NCBI RefSeq assembly: GCF_001194135.2 | Contig: NC_068991.1 | Span: 50,511,112-50,553,956 of the forward strand | Length of the DNA: 42,845 nt | Origin: Octopus bimaculoides | Lineage: Eukaryota | Direction of reading: 5' to 3' | In this document: one piece after another, positions 23,290-35,239 of the stretch | How the letters are laid out: each line of letters starts with the position of its first letter | Position numbering within the stretch: position 1 is the stretch's first letter | Notes under the pieces: model-generated | The model's input: only the letters and a program-made list of their open reading frames with translations | Told to the model about the DNA's origin: nothing | Databases searched by the model: none | Made by a program: the position numbers and the translations under genes

Positions 23290-23651
23290 TGTCCGGCCCA
23301 GTTAAGAGTACTCCTGATGCGTTGGGCAATATGATAAGCTTGAGAAGACCTGTTGAGTCGAGTTAAACCAATATCATAGCTGTGGCCAGTGCCCCCTGAC
23401 TGGCTCCTGTGCTGATGGCACGTAAAAAGCACCATCTGAACGTGGCCGATGCCAGTACCCCTTGCCAGTGGCACACAAAAAGAGCACCCACTACACTCTC
23501 AGAGTGGTTGATATTAGGAAAGGCATCCAGCAGTAGAAACATTGCCAGATCAGATTGGAGCCTGGTGCAGCTGCTGGCTCTCCAGACCTCAGTCAAACCA
23601 TCCAACCCATGCCAGCATGGAAAATAGACATTAAACGATGATAATGATGAT
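23290..23651 (+). mobile_element. RTE-related 3' end
   Basis: aagcttgagaagacc...cactacactctcagagtggttg..aggaaaggcatccagc..ccatgccagcatgg..acattaaacgatgataatgatg. Confidence 0.8.
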
Positions 23652-23693
23652 TGGTAACAATTCTGCCAGTTTGCTATAGTAAGAATAATTATC

Positions 23694-23912
23694 TTTTCTA
23701 CTAAAGGTACAAGGCCTGAAATTTCTGGGGAGGGGACTAGCCGATTACCCCCNNNNNNNNNNCCATATTTTTCACTGATACTTAATGTATTGACCCTGAA
23801 CGGATGAAAGGCAAAGTCAACCTCAGCCGAATTTGAACTCAGAACATAGCGACAGATGAAATACTGTTAAGCATTTCGTCAAGCATGCTAATGATTCTGC
23901 CAGCTTGCCACC
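23694..23912 (-). mobile_element. SINE family B (contains a 10 N gap)
   Basis: ttttctactaaaggtacaaggcctgaaattt...ggatgaaaggcaaagtcaacctc...atttgaactcagaac, followed by (AAT)n. Confidence 0.8.
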
Positions 23913-24237
23913 AGCAATAATAATAATAATAATAATAATAACTGTTCAAGAGTGAATAGCTGCAATTAATAGATGTGATAAAAATTCACAAACAACCCTG
24001 TTACAGATGTAACTGATATATTAGTTTCTGAATGTTTTTGAAATTAAAATTTCCTCATCAGTTGAAGATTCTGAAAACAATAAAAAGAACACACCAATCT
24101 ATTTTGTGGTTCCTTTTTTTAAGATCAAATATACAATCTCAATGATTCCAACTTTGTCCTATACTTAAGTTGGGTGTCAGCTTTCGCATTATGGACACCT
24201 CTGCTCTTCTAAGATATACCATGTTAAAATATATTCT

Positions 24238-24430
24238 TTTCTACCCTAGGCACAAGGCCCCATTTTTTTTTTGGGGGGGGGGGGGGTCAGTCGATTAGAT
24301 TGAGACTCTAGTACGCAACTGGTACTTAATTTATCGACCCCGGAAGGATGAAAGACAAAGTCAACCATGGCGAAATTTAAACTCAGAACATAAAAGCAGA
24401 CAAAATACTGTTAAGCATTTCACCCAGCTC
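24238..24430 (-). mobile_element. SINE family B
   Basis: ttctaccctaggcacaaggccc...gtcgattagat...ttatcgaccccggaaggatgaaag. Confidence 0.8.
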
Positions 24431-25915
24431 ACATGTTAAAGTATATTGAGAAATCTTTCATTTTCCACTATCAAAGATAAAAGTAATTGATTGAATCACA
24501 TTGCTGTTAATTTTCTAGTCACTAAGAGGCCTTCTCATTAACTCTGTATTACCACATTCCATATTTCAAATTATACAGCACACAGAGACAGTGACAATTA
24601 TTAAAACCTAGGAAGCATGTTTCCATGTATCTGTTCCAAGACAGAATAGTTAATCATTGTCATCATCACATTCCGATCTCTGTGGCTAAAAAGGAGATAA
24701 TGACTGTGAAATGCATGCACCCCACAGTTTCGTTAGGTGATACTGTGAGCTGATTCAGTGTATTTTACACCTATTTGGCTACAGCGAGAAATTTTCTCCA
24801 TGACAAGGCAGTGTCCCAGCATGGTTGCAGTCTAATGACCGAAACAAGTAAAAGATAATATCTCTACATTAATCCCAGCAACAATGCACAAGATACATCA
24901 ACACATAATTTTAAGGCTAGTGCCGTTGCTGACTGTTCAGGAAAAATAGAGAGAGGAAAAAATAGCAGAAGGCAAGCACAAGCAGTCAGAGCATTAGTTA
25001 TGTGACAAAACATTTAATGTTTGAAGTTCTTTGAGATAATAAAGAATTCTTTAGCTTGAAAACTGGGCACAATCAACTAAAATATGTCCAGCCTGAAGTA
25101 CAAAGTAATTTCTGATTTTTAAGGGACCAAATAAAGTTGTGGAAACAAAAACTACCCAAAGAGTGGAGTGGGACAAGAAATAAACTAAAGCAGCTAAAAT
25201 CTGAAGATATTAAATTAAAGCTAGAGTTTTAGTTTTTGTTCAACCCCAGACTATTCTAATTTCCATATTTCAGGTTCTATATTTCATTCTGAATCAGGAA
25301 CAAAGACAACTCTGACAACATAATAACGTTGATCTTCTAATTCTAGACTAAAAACGTTGCCATTTCTAACATCTTCATATTATTTTTAACACCAAGTCAA
25401 GAGTTGGAGTGTTTTTAGATAGCTCTAAATGCAAAAAGAAAAGCCCCTCCACACACAAACCACTCTAAACATTATATGACCTAGAATTAGTTTGCTATTT
25501 ATCAGAGGCAGTTTATTTCAATGAACATGTATTATTTGAACAGTAAAAGTAAATGACAGCTTGAATGACCATCAGGACAATAGTCGAGAGCCAGTCTGTT
25601 GTTGTGGTTCAGCTAAACTAATATCCAACATTGAAACAATGATGTTAATCAAATACACAACTGTTACTTTTATTTAGGTGACGATTGTATTATTACCTAA
25701 GAAATCTCTTTTGAAAAGCTTCCAGAAAGTATAAAGAGAGAGTGATTGAAAAGCACATTAAATTAATCATTTACAATCCCCCTTACAAGTTCTAAACAGA
25801 TTCATGTGTGATGAAAAAGGGAAACTTTTTTAATAATTAGTGTTTAATGGAAAACTGTAAACTGACTTCATATAACTCCATCTCTTTAAGATGTTACAAC
25901 ATTTGATCAGTTAAC

Positions 25916-26609
25916 TTAGTCCAGAAGAACAGTCCCTATTTTAAAGGTTAGGTTTAAATTTTAGTGAGTGATACCAAAACCCGTCAAATGTGCTAAATAT
26001 ATTTTGCAACTGTCCACCATTTCTTGGGTGTGTCAAGACTGTAAGCTCTGACGAGTGAAATTTTACAAAAACTCATTTTGAGAAAAAGGTTAATGAAATT
26101 ATGTTTATGAATTTGTTTTGCAAGATTCCTGATGTGTAGTGAAACATATATTTCAGGATGGTCATTTTTTTCCTTGCCAAACAAACACATGCACCATATA
26201 TTCATTCTTCACTTGTTTATCTATGTCCATTGTCTGAAAAATTTTCGTCACACATCTGTGACCACTTCAGCGACCCTTCCATTCCAAGTGTCTCCCCCTG
26301 TTCTGGTTTGTCCATTCTGTCTTTCTATCTAGAAAGATTTGATAGATTTCAGCATCACTAACTAAAAATTAAACACAGCCTTTAAAATAGGGACTGTTTT
26401 TCTGGACTAAATTAAAGGGTCTAGAATAAACTAAACAAAACAGGAGACATGTGGGATGGAAGAGTCACTGAAGAGGTCACAAATGTGACACAAAAGATTT
26501 CCAGACAATGGACACAAGATAAAGTAAGAACAATAATAAACGAGCGAAGAACAAATATATGATGCATGTGTTTATTTGGCAAGAAAAAAATGGCCATCCC
26601 AAAATATAA
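25916..26609. mobile_element. Penelope-like terminal repeat cluster with interleaved inverted repeats
   Basis: A 25916-25972 pairs with A' 26354-26410 (51 of 57). B about 26147-26331 pairs with B' about 26420-26609. Both B arms carry decayed hammerhead cores. Confidence 0.7.
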
Positions 26610-26713
26610 CAATAGCTAATGAAATAATTACTGCAATTATTTTAATTATTTTTGTAGTGGTTCATAGCTAGAACTATAAGATAGATAAGACCACATCTTT
26701 AAAAAAAAATATA

Positions 26714-27975
26714 TTGGGTCATCCCATAAATAATGCAGTTTTTCAGTTGCATGAACTAAAAGTTGGAGGGGAATGGGATAAAATACCTGCATCAACTTGC
26801 TATAAAAGTAGGTAGTAATTTTACCTTGTGCTTACTCTTAGTGCAAGTTTTGAAGAGTGCAGTTTGATTTTAATAGTTATTTTTTCAAAGCTATAATGGA
26901 AGTGACAAAAGAGCATATTCAGCATATTTTGCTTTATGAGTTCAATAAAGGCAACAATGCAACAGAAAGTGTGAAGATAAGTACATAGAGTATATGGGGA
27001 TCAGGCAATAAGCATAAACCAGTATCAATGGTAGTTCTAGAAATTCCGAGTCGGAAACTACAGCCTAGAAGACGAGCCTCATCCCGGAAGATCTGTAGAG
27101 CTTGATGAGGATATCCTGCAAACCCTGGTGGAACAAAATCTCATCATTACATTTGAAGAACTAGCAGAGAAGCTTGGATTTCATCATTCAACCATTTATC
27201 GACACCTGCATGCCATTGGAAGAGTCAGCATGGGTTAGTTGGGTGTTAATGGGTTCCTCACAAACTTTCTGAGTCTAATCATGCACAGAGAGTGAATGTG
27301 TGCTCTTCTTTGCTGTTACGTCTCATGAATGAACCTTTTTTGGACCGAACAGTGATTGGTGATGAGAAATGGGTTCTCTATAAAAATGTCAAGCGTCAAA
27401 GAGAGTAGGTAGGAAAAGGAGAAACACTGGTACCTTATGCTAAAAAAGGTTTCCACCAGCATAAGGTGTTGTTATCTGTTTGGGTGCATATGAAAGGTTT
27501 AGTTCACTTTGAACTTTTAAACTCAAACTAAATAAGATCTACTGCAAGCAGGTTGAGCAGCTTAAGTCGGCACTGAGAGAAAAACGACCATCTTTGATTT
27601 CAAGACAAAAGGTGTTCTTCCATTAGGATAATGTTAGGCCACATACAGCGAGGATGACATTCTAAAGTCTGGAGCAGTTTAAATGAGAAACGATGCTCCA
27701 CCAACCATATTTACTGGACATTGTCCCATCTGATTATCATTTATTCCGCAGTCTCCAAAATCTTTGGATAGAAAAATATGAATTCTGTAGATGAGGTCAG
27801 AACAGTACTGGAGGACAAGTGAATTTTGGAAGAGGGGCCTTGCAAGTCTACCAGATAGATGGAAGAGCATTGTAGAAAATGAAGTAGAGTTTATTTTAGA
27901 TTAAAAAATAACTATTTATCTTAATTTTGAAAAATAAAGGTATAAAAAAACCACATTATATATGGGATGACCCAA
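26714..27975 (+). mobile_element. Full-length mariner transposon (1262 bp), inactive
   Basis: TIR ttgggtcatcccataaataatg versus (reverse complement) ttgggtcatcccatatataatg; TA TSD at 26712-26713 and 27976-27977. Confidence 0.95.
26896..27903 (+). pseudogene. Mariner DD34D-type transposase pseudogene
   Basis: MEVTKEHIQHILLYEFNKG; SLEDEPHPGRSVELDEDIL; WVPHKLSES; IGDEKWVLYKN; FH*DNVRPHT; LHQPYLLDIVPSDYHLFRSLQN. Several stops and frameshifts. Confidence 0.93.
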
Positions 27976-28185
27976 TAAATCAACAGGTAAAGTGGTGAAG
28001 TGCTTCTATGTTCAGAACACATAAAAATACAATAAATTTTTGCAAGTGGACAGCTAAACTGTAATCAAGTTTGAAATTTTTCTCAGTAGAAATTTAAATT
28101 ACATCTATTCAAACACAACCAAGTCTATACCAGATCAATATACTGCAGCTAATATTCATTGGGGGATCAAATGCTAATTAAATCA

Positions 28186-28504
28186 GGTGCAGGCATGGCT
28201 GTGCAGTAAGAAGTTTGCTTCCCAACCACATGGCTCTGGGTTCAGTCCCATTGCATCGCACCTTAGGCAAGTGTCTTCTAGTAGAGAAGACACATCAAGC
28301 TAAGTGAGATCATAGTCATGGCCAGTGTCGGTGACTAGTAAAGGTATCCATTACACTCTATGGAGTGGTTGGCATTAGGAAGGGCACCCAGCCATAGAAA
28401 CCAAATCCGAAACAAGCTGGAGCCTGGTGCAATTCTTGGGCTTACAAACCCCAGTTAAACTGTCTTACCCATGCTAGCATGAAAAACAGATGCTAGATGA
28501 TGAT
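28186..28504 (+). mobile_element. Chimera: SINE A head fused to an RTE 3' end
   Basis: 28186-28280 is a SINE A head (gcatggctgtgcagtaagaag..ggttcagtccc..ggcaagtgtcttcta). 28284-28504 is an RTE tail (gagaagac..catcaag..ggagtggttggcattaggaagggca..atgatgatg). Confidence 0.7.
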
Positions 28505-28767
28505 GCAACTATAAGACAAAATCAAACCAAAGATAAAAATTGGAAACTCTTGTAGATTTTAAAGTTCATTCCGGAATGTGACACGGATAAAGAAACCTGT
28601 TAATTTTCATCTTTATCAATTTCCCACTAATTAAACCTTTTAATAAACTTTAAACAAGATCTTGTAAATAAACCAAAATCTAACATCACAGTTATTTCAG
28701 AACGAAACCGACTTTTTAATTACGAATTTTACAGTTAATTGGAAAAAGTTTAATGAGGAATTCTTGT

Positions 28768-28998
28768 TTAACTCTTTTGATACCAGCTCACCTGAAACTG
28801 CCACTGGTTCTATGATACAAATTCCTAGTTTTAAAAGAGATCTAAATTAAAACCTTCAATCAGAATTTTATGTTAATTTATGTTCCAAACACCTGCTTAT
28901 ATTAATGACAGTTACTTTATTAAATCCTTAATTATTTTCAAAATTAATAGAAACAAAGGCAGTATATTTCAAGAGAAATATGGTAATGAAAAAGTTAA
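28768..28998. mobile_element. piggyBac-type MITE (second family), decayed
   Basis: Ends ttaactcttttgatacca ... tggtaatgaaaaagttaa form an imperfect TIR with TTAA on both sides. Confidence 0.6.
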
Positions 28999-30076
28999 TC
29001 AAAATTATTTTCTTTAGACAAACTAAAATAGGTGAAGTTTGCTATTTACACCTCATGTCCCATATTCATTGTCTGCCATGTAAATGTTTCCATGAGTTGA
29101 ACTGAAAATCCATTTCTAATTCCATTACACTCTCTCTTTTATAGACCTGTATTCCTGCTCAGCATGCTTTCTCAAATTTCAGTAAACTGCACTGTAAGTT
29201 AAGATATTTCCTCTCTTCTTAAATCTATATTCTTGGACTTAAATTGTCAAAATTCTTTTCCTAAATTAAGCGTTTAACAGTAAGAGCCTACATCAAATAG
29301 AGAGGGAGGAGTGCATGCGCATGGGGACATGCACAAGCACTCACTTGAATAGGAACATTAGTGAAAACAATATCAATTAACCAAAATTCAACAACTCCTT
29401 TGTATACTGTGAGCAATATTTCATGAACACATAAATCTCTTGGCAACAACAGTAATAATATTTATCATAACAAAATAATAGTATTTAAAGCTGTTGATTT
29501 ATAAACAATACAGACGGTGTACTTACAACTATAACCATAACATATATTCTAAATAATACTTTTAATATCGTTTCAGTCACAAAATTAGGCACAGACAATT
29601 TAGGGATACAAATATAGTTTTAACTACTTAACTTCAGGCATTATTTCACTGACAACTAGCCACACAAAGACACTAATAAATAAATTTAAAAATCAATCAC
29701 TATATTTTTACTACTTAATTCCTTCGCTTCAGATAAACTATCCACCAAACATTGACAAACATGAAATTTTGCACTATATTTTCCTAATTTGCTATAAAAC
29801 AATTAGATTCTAAGTTCAAATTCAGTGGATCATGTTTAGTAGCCACCCATCTTTCACATTCCAGTATCAAGGTATGTAGTACCATGTATCAAACTAGAGA
29901 TTCCAATCATGAAATTTCATAAAAAAATAAAAAATAAAAAAAAAGTTTCATAATTCAGGCAAGAAATAGACATTTTCCAAATTTCTTCCAATTACATAAA
30001 GATTTGTTTCCATCAACTTCTTCCATTTTCTAAATAAGGAGAAATTCTTAAATAAATGGACGCAGAAATGTCTATA

Positions 30077-30222
30077 CTGGTTTCAAGTTTTGGCACGAGG
30101 GCAACAATTTTGGGTGAGAAACTAAATTGATTACATCAACCCCAGCACACAAAACTGGTACTTATTTTACTGAGCTTGAACCCAACACATAAAGATGCAC
30201 AAAATGCTACTAAGCATTTTGT
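30077..30222 (-). mobile_element. SINE family B, partial
   Basis: gtttcaagttttggcacgagg..ttgattacatcaacccc..actggtacttatt..ctaagcatttt. Confidence 0.6.
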
Positions 30223-31099
30223 GAATGAAAGTCAACCCAAATGAGCCATAAAATAAAAATAAACTAATTCTATAGTTCCAACTTAAAATTACACATTTTT
30301 AATGGGGTAATGAGTGAGTAGGGGGAGATGGGGACAGTCAGTATAAATGAGATTAATTTAGGAGAGTTATTTTTATCAGAATCCAACATACAATTCCATT
30401 CAAATAAAATTCAATATCAATGTGTAAGATTAACTGCCAAATTGGAAATATAATATTCATGAGAACACATTTGTGCTCTCAAGACTTCTTGGCTATAAAA
30501 ATAGACAAGTTAGAACACAAGAATGTCTTAATACAGAAACAATGCCAAGTTCTGGTAATAACAAATAGCATATCCTCAATACTCTAGTTGTGAATAAGCT
30601 CAACAGATTAATAGTTATAACTATAAGAGGACACCAGGATATATACATATATATATATAGATATTTCATTACATTTTCAAATGATCAACAGATGTGTGTG
30701 TGTGTTCATGAAAGTAATGGACACAACTAGAAGCCAATATAGTGCTGCATATTTCTAACTACTGCAGGTAACATTCTGCCTTCGGCCAAAACCTTGAAGA
30801 TGAATTTGGCAGATAGAAACTGAAAGAAGCCCATCATGTGTGTGTGTGTTTGAGTGCAGATGCACATGAGTATTTGATAATATCTGAATTGACAAAAAAC
30901 TGCACTGTCAGTTCTCCTGTCAACAAACCATACAGTGGTGTTGTACATTCAAAATGCATATAAAATATGGGATCTCTACTGACAAAAGCAGGCAAAAGTT
31001 AGTCATAGGAAAGGCATCCAGATGTAAAAGTGCTTGAATAATATATTTACCCATGATGGCATGGAAAAATACACAGTGAATATGTGTTTGTGTGTGTGC

Positions 31100-31300
31100 A
31101 TGCGCGTGCTGGTGCCACATAAAAAGCACCCAGTACACTCTGTAAAGTGGTTGGCATTGGGAAGGGCATCCAACTGCAGAAACCATGCTAGAACAGACAA
31201 TGGAGCTGGTGCAGCTTTCCAGTATGCCAGCTCCTGTCAAACTGTCCAACCCATGCCAGTATAGAAAATAGACATTAACTGACAATGATGACGACGACAA
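31100..31300 (+). mobile_element. RTE 3' UTR fragment (older)
   Basis: aaaagcaccc.gtacactc..agtggttggcattgggaagggcatcc..ccaacccatgccag..gacattaa..atgatgacgacg. Confidence 0.8.
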
Positions 31301-31318
31301 TGGTGATATATATTATTT

Positions 31319-31745
31319 TGACAATCATCATCATCATCGTTTAACGTCCGCTTTCCATGCTAGCATGGGTTGGACGATTTGATTGAGGACTGGTGAAACC
31401 GGATGGCAACACCAGGCTCCAATCTAATTTGGCAGAGTTTCTACAGCTGGATGCCCTTCCTAACGCCAACCACTCAGAGAGTGTAGTGGGTGCTTTTACG
31501 TGTCACCCGCACGAAAACGGCCACGCTCGAAATGGTGTCTTTTATGTAACACCCGCACAAGAGCCAGTCCAGGGGTACTGGCAACGATCTCGCTCGAAAA
31601 CCCTACAAACGCCAGTCAGGCGGTACTGGCAACGGTCACGCTCAAGATGGTACATCTTATGTGCCACCTGCACAAGAGCCAGTCCAGGGGCACTGGCAAC
31701 GATCTCACTTGGCTTGCCGGGTCTTCTCACGCACAGCACATTTCC
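31319..31745 (-). mobile_element. Young RTE-tail retroposon, 427 bp, with 17 bp TSD
   Basis: Perfect direct repeat ggtgatatatattattt at 31302-31318 and 31746-31762. (GAT)n tail at the left end, CpGs retained, internal subrepeats (gcacaagagccagtccagggg.actggcaacgatctc, twice). Confidence 0.9.
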
Positions 31746-32099
31746 GGTGATATATATTATTTCGGATTTACTTCAAATCTTGCAACTAGCACCACATTGT
31801 ACAACTGATGTCCTCAAAACTTAAAAGACTTGAAAAATATCCTTTTAGTTCATATTTTCATCAACTGTTCTTAAGACTACAACTGAAACCATGCTGCTTA
31901 TCCCACAGTTAAAGAAGCACTCACCAGGGTTTTCACTCTGGCCCTAATTTTGAAAAGTACGATATAGAATCAAACAATTATCTCCCATTTGCTCTGCACA
32001 AGATGCCCCAATTAGATAGATAAAAAAAAAAACATCAAAGTCTAATTGCTCCTATATCAGAGCAAAAGAAAATAAAAGCAAATAAAGGCACATATACAT

Positions 32100-32460
32100 A
32101 TATGGTTTGCGGGAGCAACTGTTTTCTCGAAGGTACATATTGTCATGAATGGTTTGAAATGTGCAGCAGATAAACAGCCAACAACTGCTGAAGAGTTATT
32201 CTTTATGTTATTTGTCTTGTTTTCCATTTGTTTCTCTCATTGTTTGCAAAAGAAGTTTGTCTTTGTATTTCATGTTTTTTGTATTTCGGATTTCATATTG
32301 TTTACGTTTTGTGACGGCCTGTAACCATATAAGCACATATATATACTACTCCAGACTGATGATGAGCAATGACTCTGAAACTAGTCTCTGGATGCTGGCT
32401 TTGCTGGGTGGAGGTGCTTGTCTCCACTTTGAAAACACAAGGACACAGGAAATGTGTCAT
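32100..32460 (+). mobile_element. Penelope-like terminal repeat (pLTR-like) remnant
   Basis: T-rich UTR-like stretch followed by a minimal hammerhead motif with palindromic stem III, the arrangement described for Penelope-like termini. Boundaries are approximate and no GIY-YIG ORF was seen. Confidence 0.45.
32350..32392 (+). ncRNA. Minimal type I hammerhead ribozyme, GUC cleavage site
   Basis: tccaga CTGATGA t gag caatga ctc t GAAA c ta g TC tctgga. Stem I is a perfect 6 bp, the core is complete, stem II is 3 bp with a U-U closing mismatch, and stem III is the palindrome ACTAGT. Predicted cleavage after C32386. Confidence 0.72.
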
Positions 32461-33065
32461 GTCCTACAGGAAATGGTGTTTCCTAAGGCTAAATAACAGT
32501 AGCATTCTTCCCTTTCATGGGACTGTCACATTAAGTTGACAAAATACTATCACTCTATCATGCTGTTACTGCATAAATCTGAGAGATTTAGAAATGTATT
32601 CTGAGTTCAAATTGTGCCATGGTCAACTTTGCCTTTCATCATCCCAGGGTTGAAAGAATAAAATACTAGTCAAGTGCAGTGGATTTGTCAGAATCATAAC
32701 AGAATTGAAGAAAATACCTCAGAACATCTTTCTGTCCCTTCTGCTCCAAGTCCAACAACAACACTGATGCCAAAGTACATTGCTCATTACCAATTCTCCT
32801 GGACAACATCAGTTACATAGAGTAGGTCCCTAGAAGGATATTATTTGTCCTTCTAGGGATGCATGCCCTACACAAGAACTTTTCACTTTAAGATACACAG
32901 TCGATTCTGACTGACAAAGGCTTTCAATACATACCAAACAGGTTCTGGTGATATACACTTAAGTTAAGCAGGAAGTATTCATAGTGTAAATTGTTAACAA
33001 CAGGCCTTATATTTATGATACAATAATGTAAAAATATTTCAACAATAGAAAATATTTACTTACAA

Positions 33066-33102
<37 letters not shown>

Positions 33103-33295
33103 CTTACATATATAATGCATGCATACGCTATACAGTTCTATAGACATGAGTTGGATGGGTTATTTGCCAAACCTGTGTTTCATAAACTCAGATATTCAAG
33201 ATAGATTTCACATTTAGTTTTTATACATTTGTATTTATACAATCACACATACATACACATGTTCACACATATACACATACATACACACCAATATA

Positions 33296-33686
33296 GTTAG
33301 TCTGGCTCAGTAATGTCTGCTTTGCCTACACAGACCTCACATGCATATCGGAGACCTGCTTCAGTCATGAATGACCATGGGATCGCACCTAGAAAGTTAC
33401 CCTCCGAGGCACAAGTCTGAGCAAGGTTGTTTATGGAAGACCAGCAGTCGCCCATGCATACCAGCCTCCCCTCCCCACGCCACCGATGTTCTCCAAGAGA
33501 AAGGGAAATGCCGATACAGCTTGGCACCAGTGATGTTGCAACTCATTTCTACAGTTGAGTAAACTGGAGCAACGTGAAATAAAGTATCTTGCTCAAGAAC
33601 ACAACACGCAGCCCAGTCTGGGATTTGAACTCACAACCTCACGGTCGTAAGTTCGATGCTCTAACCACTGAGCCATGTGCCTTCAC
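33296..33686 (-). mobile_element. tRNA-derived SINE (family D), full length
   Basis: Reverse complement: gtgaaggcacaTGGCTCAGTGGttagagc (A box) ... gtGAGTTCAAATCCc (B box), then gtgttcttgagcaagatacttt..ctccagt..actca.ctg, which resembles conserved SINE central domains. Confidence 0.85.
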
Positions 33687-34332
33687 ACATGCATATATAT
33701 ATATATACATACATACAGAAATTCACTACACACACAGGCCCACAGATATTTAAGAGAAGTAGTTTATTTTAATTACAAATTGAAGTAAATTTTGATAATC
33801 CAGAAGAAAATAAAATTTGTAAATCGTAATTATAACTGGTTTAAAATCAACTGTTTCTTGTATGTTTATTTTAAACATAGGGTAACCATAGATTATATTA
33901 GCATAAACCAAAAGTTGGCAGAATGTACAACATTTTTAGTCTCTTTGAATTCAAATAGCATCAGGATTAACTTTGTATTTTATCTATCTGAAATCAATAA
34001 TTGAGAATCATTGATGTTGTGATTGGCCTTATACTTAGGAAAGTATATCAACTATTAACAGACTCAACGCAGATAGCTCACTATATTAAATATATCAACA
34101 CTTAGTTATTGTTTTTCATCTGGATGGTGACCCTGAGTAATTGATTTTTATGATTTCTTTTAAAGTTCGTCTTAATTATGGTGATATTTTATAGTAATAT
34201 AACAATTGCTTATGCTTGTAGCATTTCTGAAGTTTTTAAACATCTTACATTACTGTTACAGAGGCAATTTGGTGGCTAACGAGATGTCATCAAAGAACAT
34301 TTGCAACTAATTTAAATACTTGAAGATCACAA

Positions 34333-34505
34333 TCATCATCATTTAATGTCTGATTCCATGTTGCCATGGGCTGAATGATTTGACAGAATTCGATGGTCAG
34401 AGAACTGCACCAGGCTCCAATGTCCACTTTGGTACGGTTTCTACAGCTTGGATGCCCTTCTTAATGCCAACCAAAGTTTACTGGGTACTTTGTGCATGCC
34501 ACCAG
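34333..34505 (-). mobile_element. RTE 3' UTR fragment, old
   Basis: catcatcatttaatgtc..ttccatg..caccaggctccaat..tttctacagc.tggatgcccttc.taatgccaacc. Confidence 0.7.
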
Positions 34506-35239
34506 CACTAGTTAGGACAGCCTCAAAACTTACAAGGCTAGTGACCCCTATAACTGAGGAAGAACAGAAAAGGAAGTGAGTGAGGACTCTAGGCAGAATA
34601 ATGAGAGAAAGTAAGAGAAGATGGAGGGGAGTGTCTATAGTAGGGATCAGAGCCGAGGGGAAGGGAATTAGTGACAGGGATCATTGAGAAAAAGGGGTGA
34701 TAGAGTGGGTTGTGTAAAGAGGTGTGTCTAGAGCTGTCCACTACTAAAAGGGCTGAATATGGAAAGGTATAATAGAAAGGTGTAATGGAAAGGGTACAGG
34801 AAGAGAGCAATAAACTAGGGTAGAGAGGGATCCAGACAGAATCATTCAAGGAAAGATGAGTATGAGGGGTAGGTCAGAGGGAGGGGGAAGATGAGAAGGG
34901 ATTTTGAGGAGGCAGTGAAGCAATGAAAGAAAAGGAAGTGAGTGAAATGAAGAGCAGATGATGGGGAGTTAGGAGAGGGTTAGGGGGAAATAGTGGTTGG
35001 GTGAAGCAAGAAAAAGAAAGGTTAGAGGGTATCCTAGAGGTGTAAGGGCAGCTTAGGGGATTAAAAGTAAGAGAGGTAACCCAAGAGAGAATATGCTGTG
35101 AGTAATGAAGATATGGGAGTCACAGAGGTAGAGAGAAATGTAAGTTGATGAGGTGGCCTGATTTGGTGAAAAGCAGTGTATGAATATATTTTATAGCTTC
35201 TTAATCATAACTTGTGTTAATGAGCATTTAATCAGGAAT

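Noticed and set aside
26045-26062. CTGACGA-gt-GAAA
   Set aside because: No stem II and no stem I/III pairing; not a valid hammerhead.
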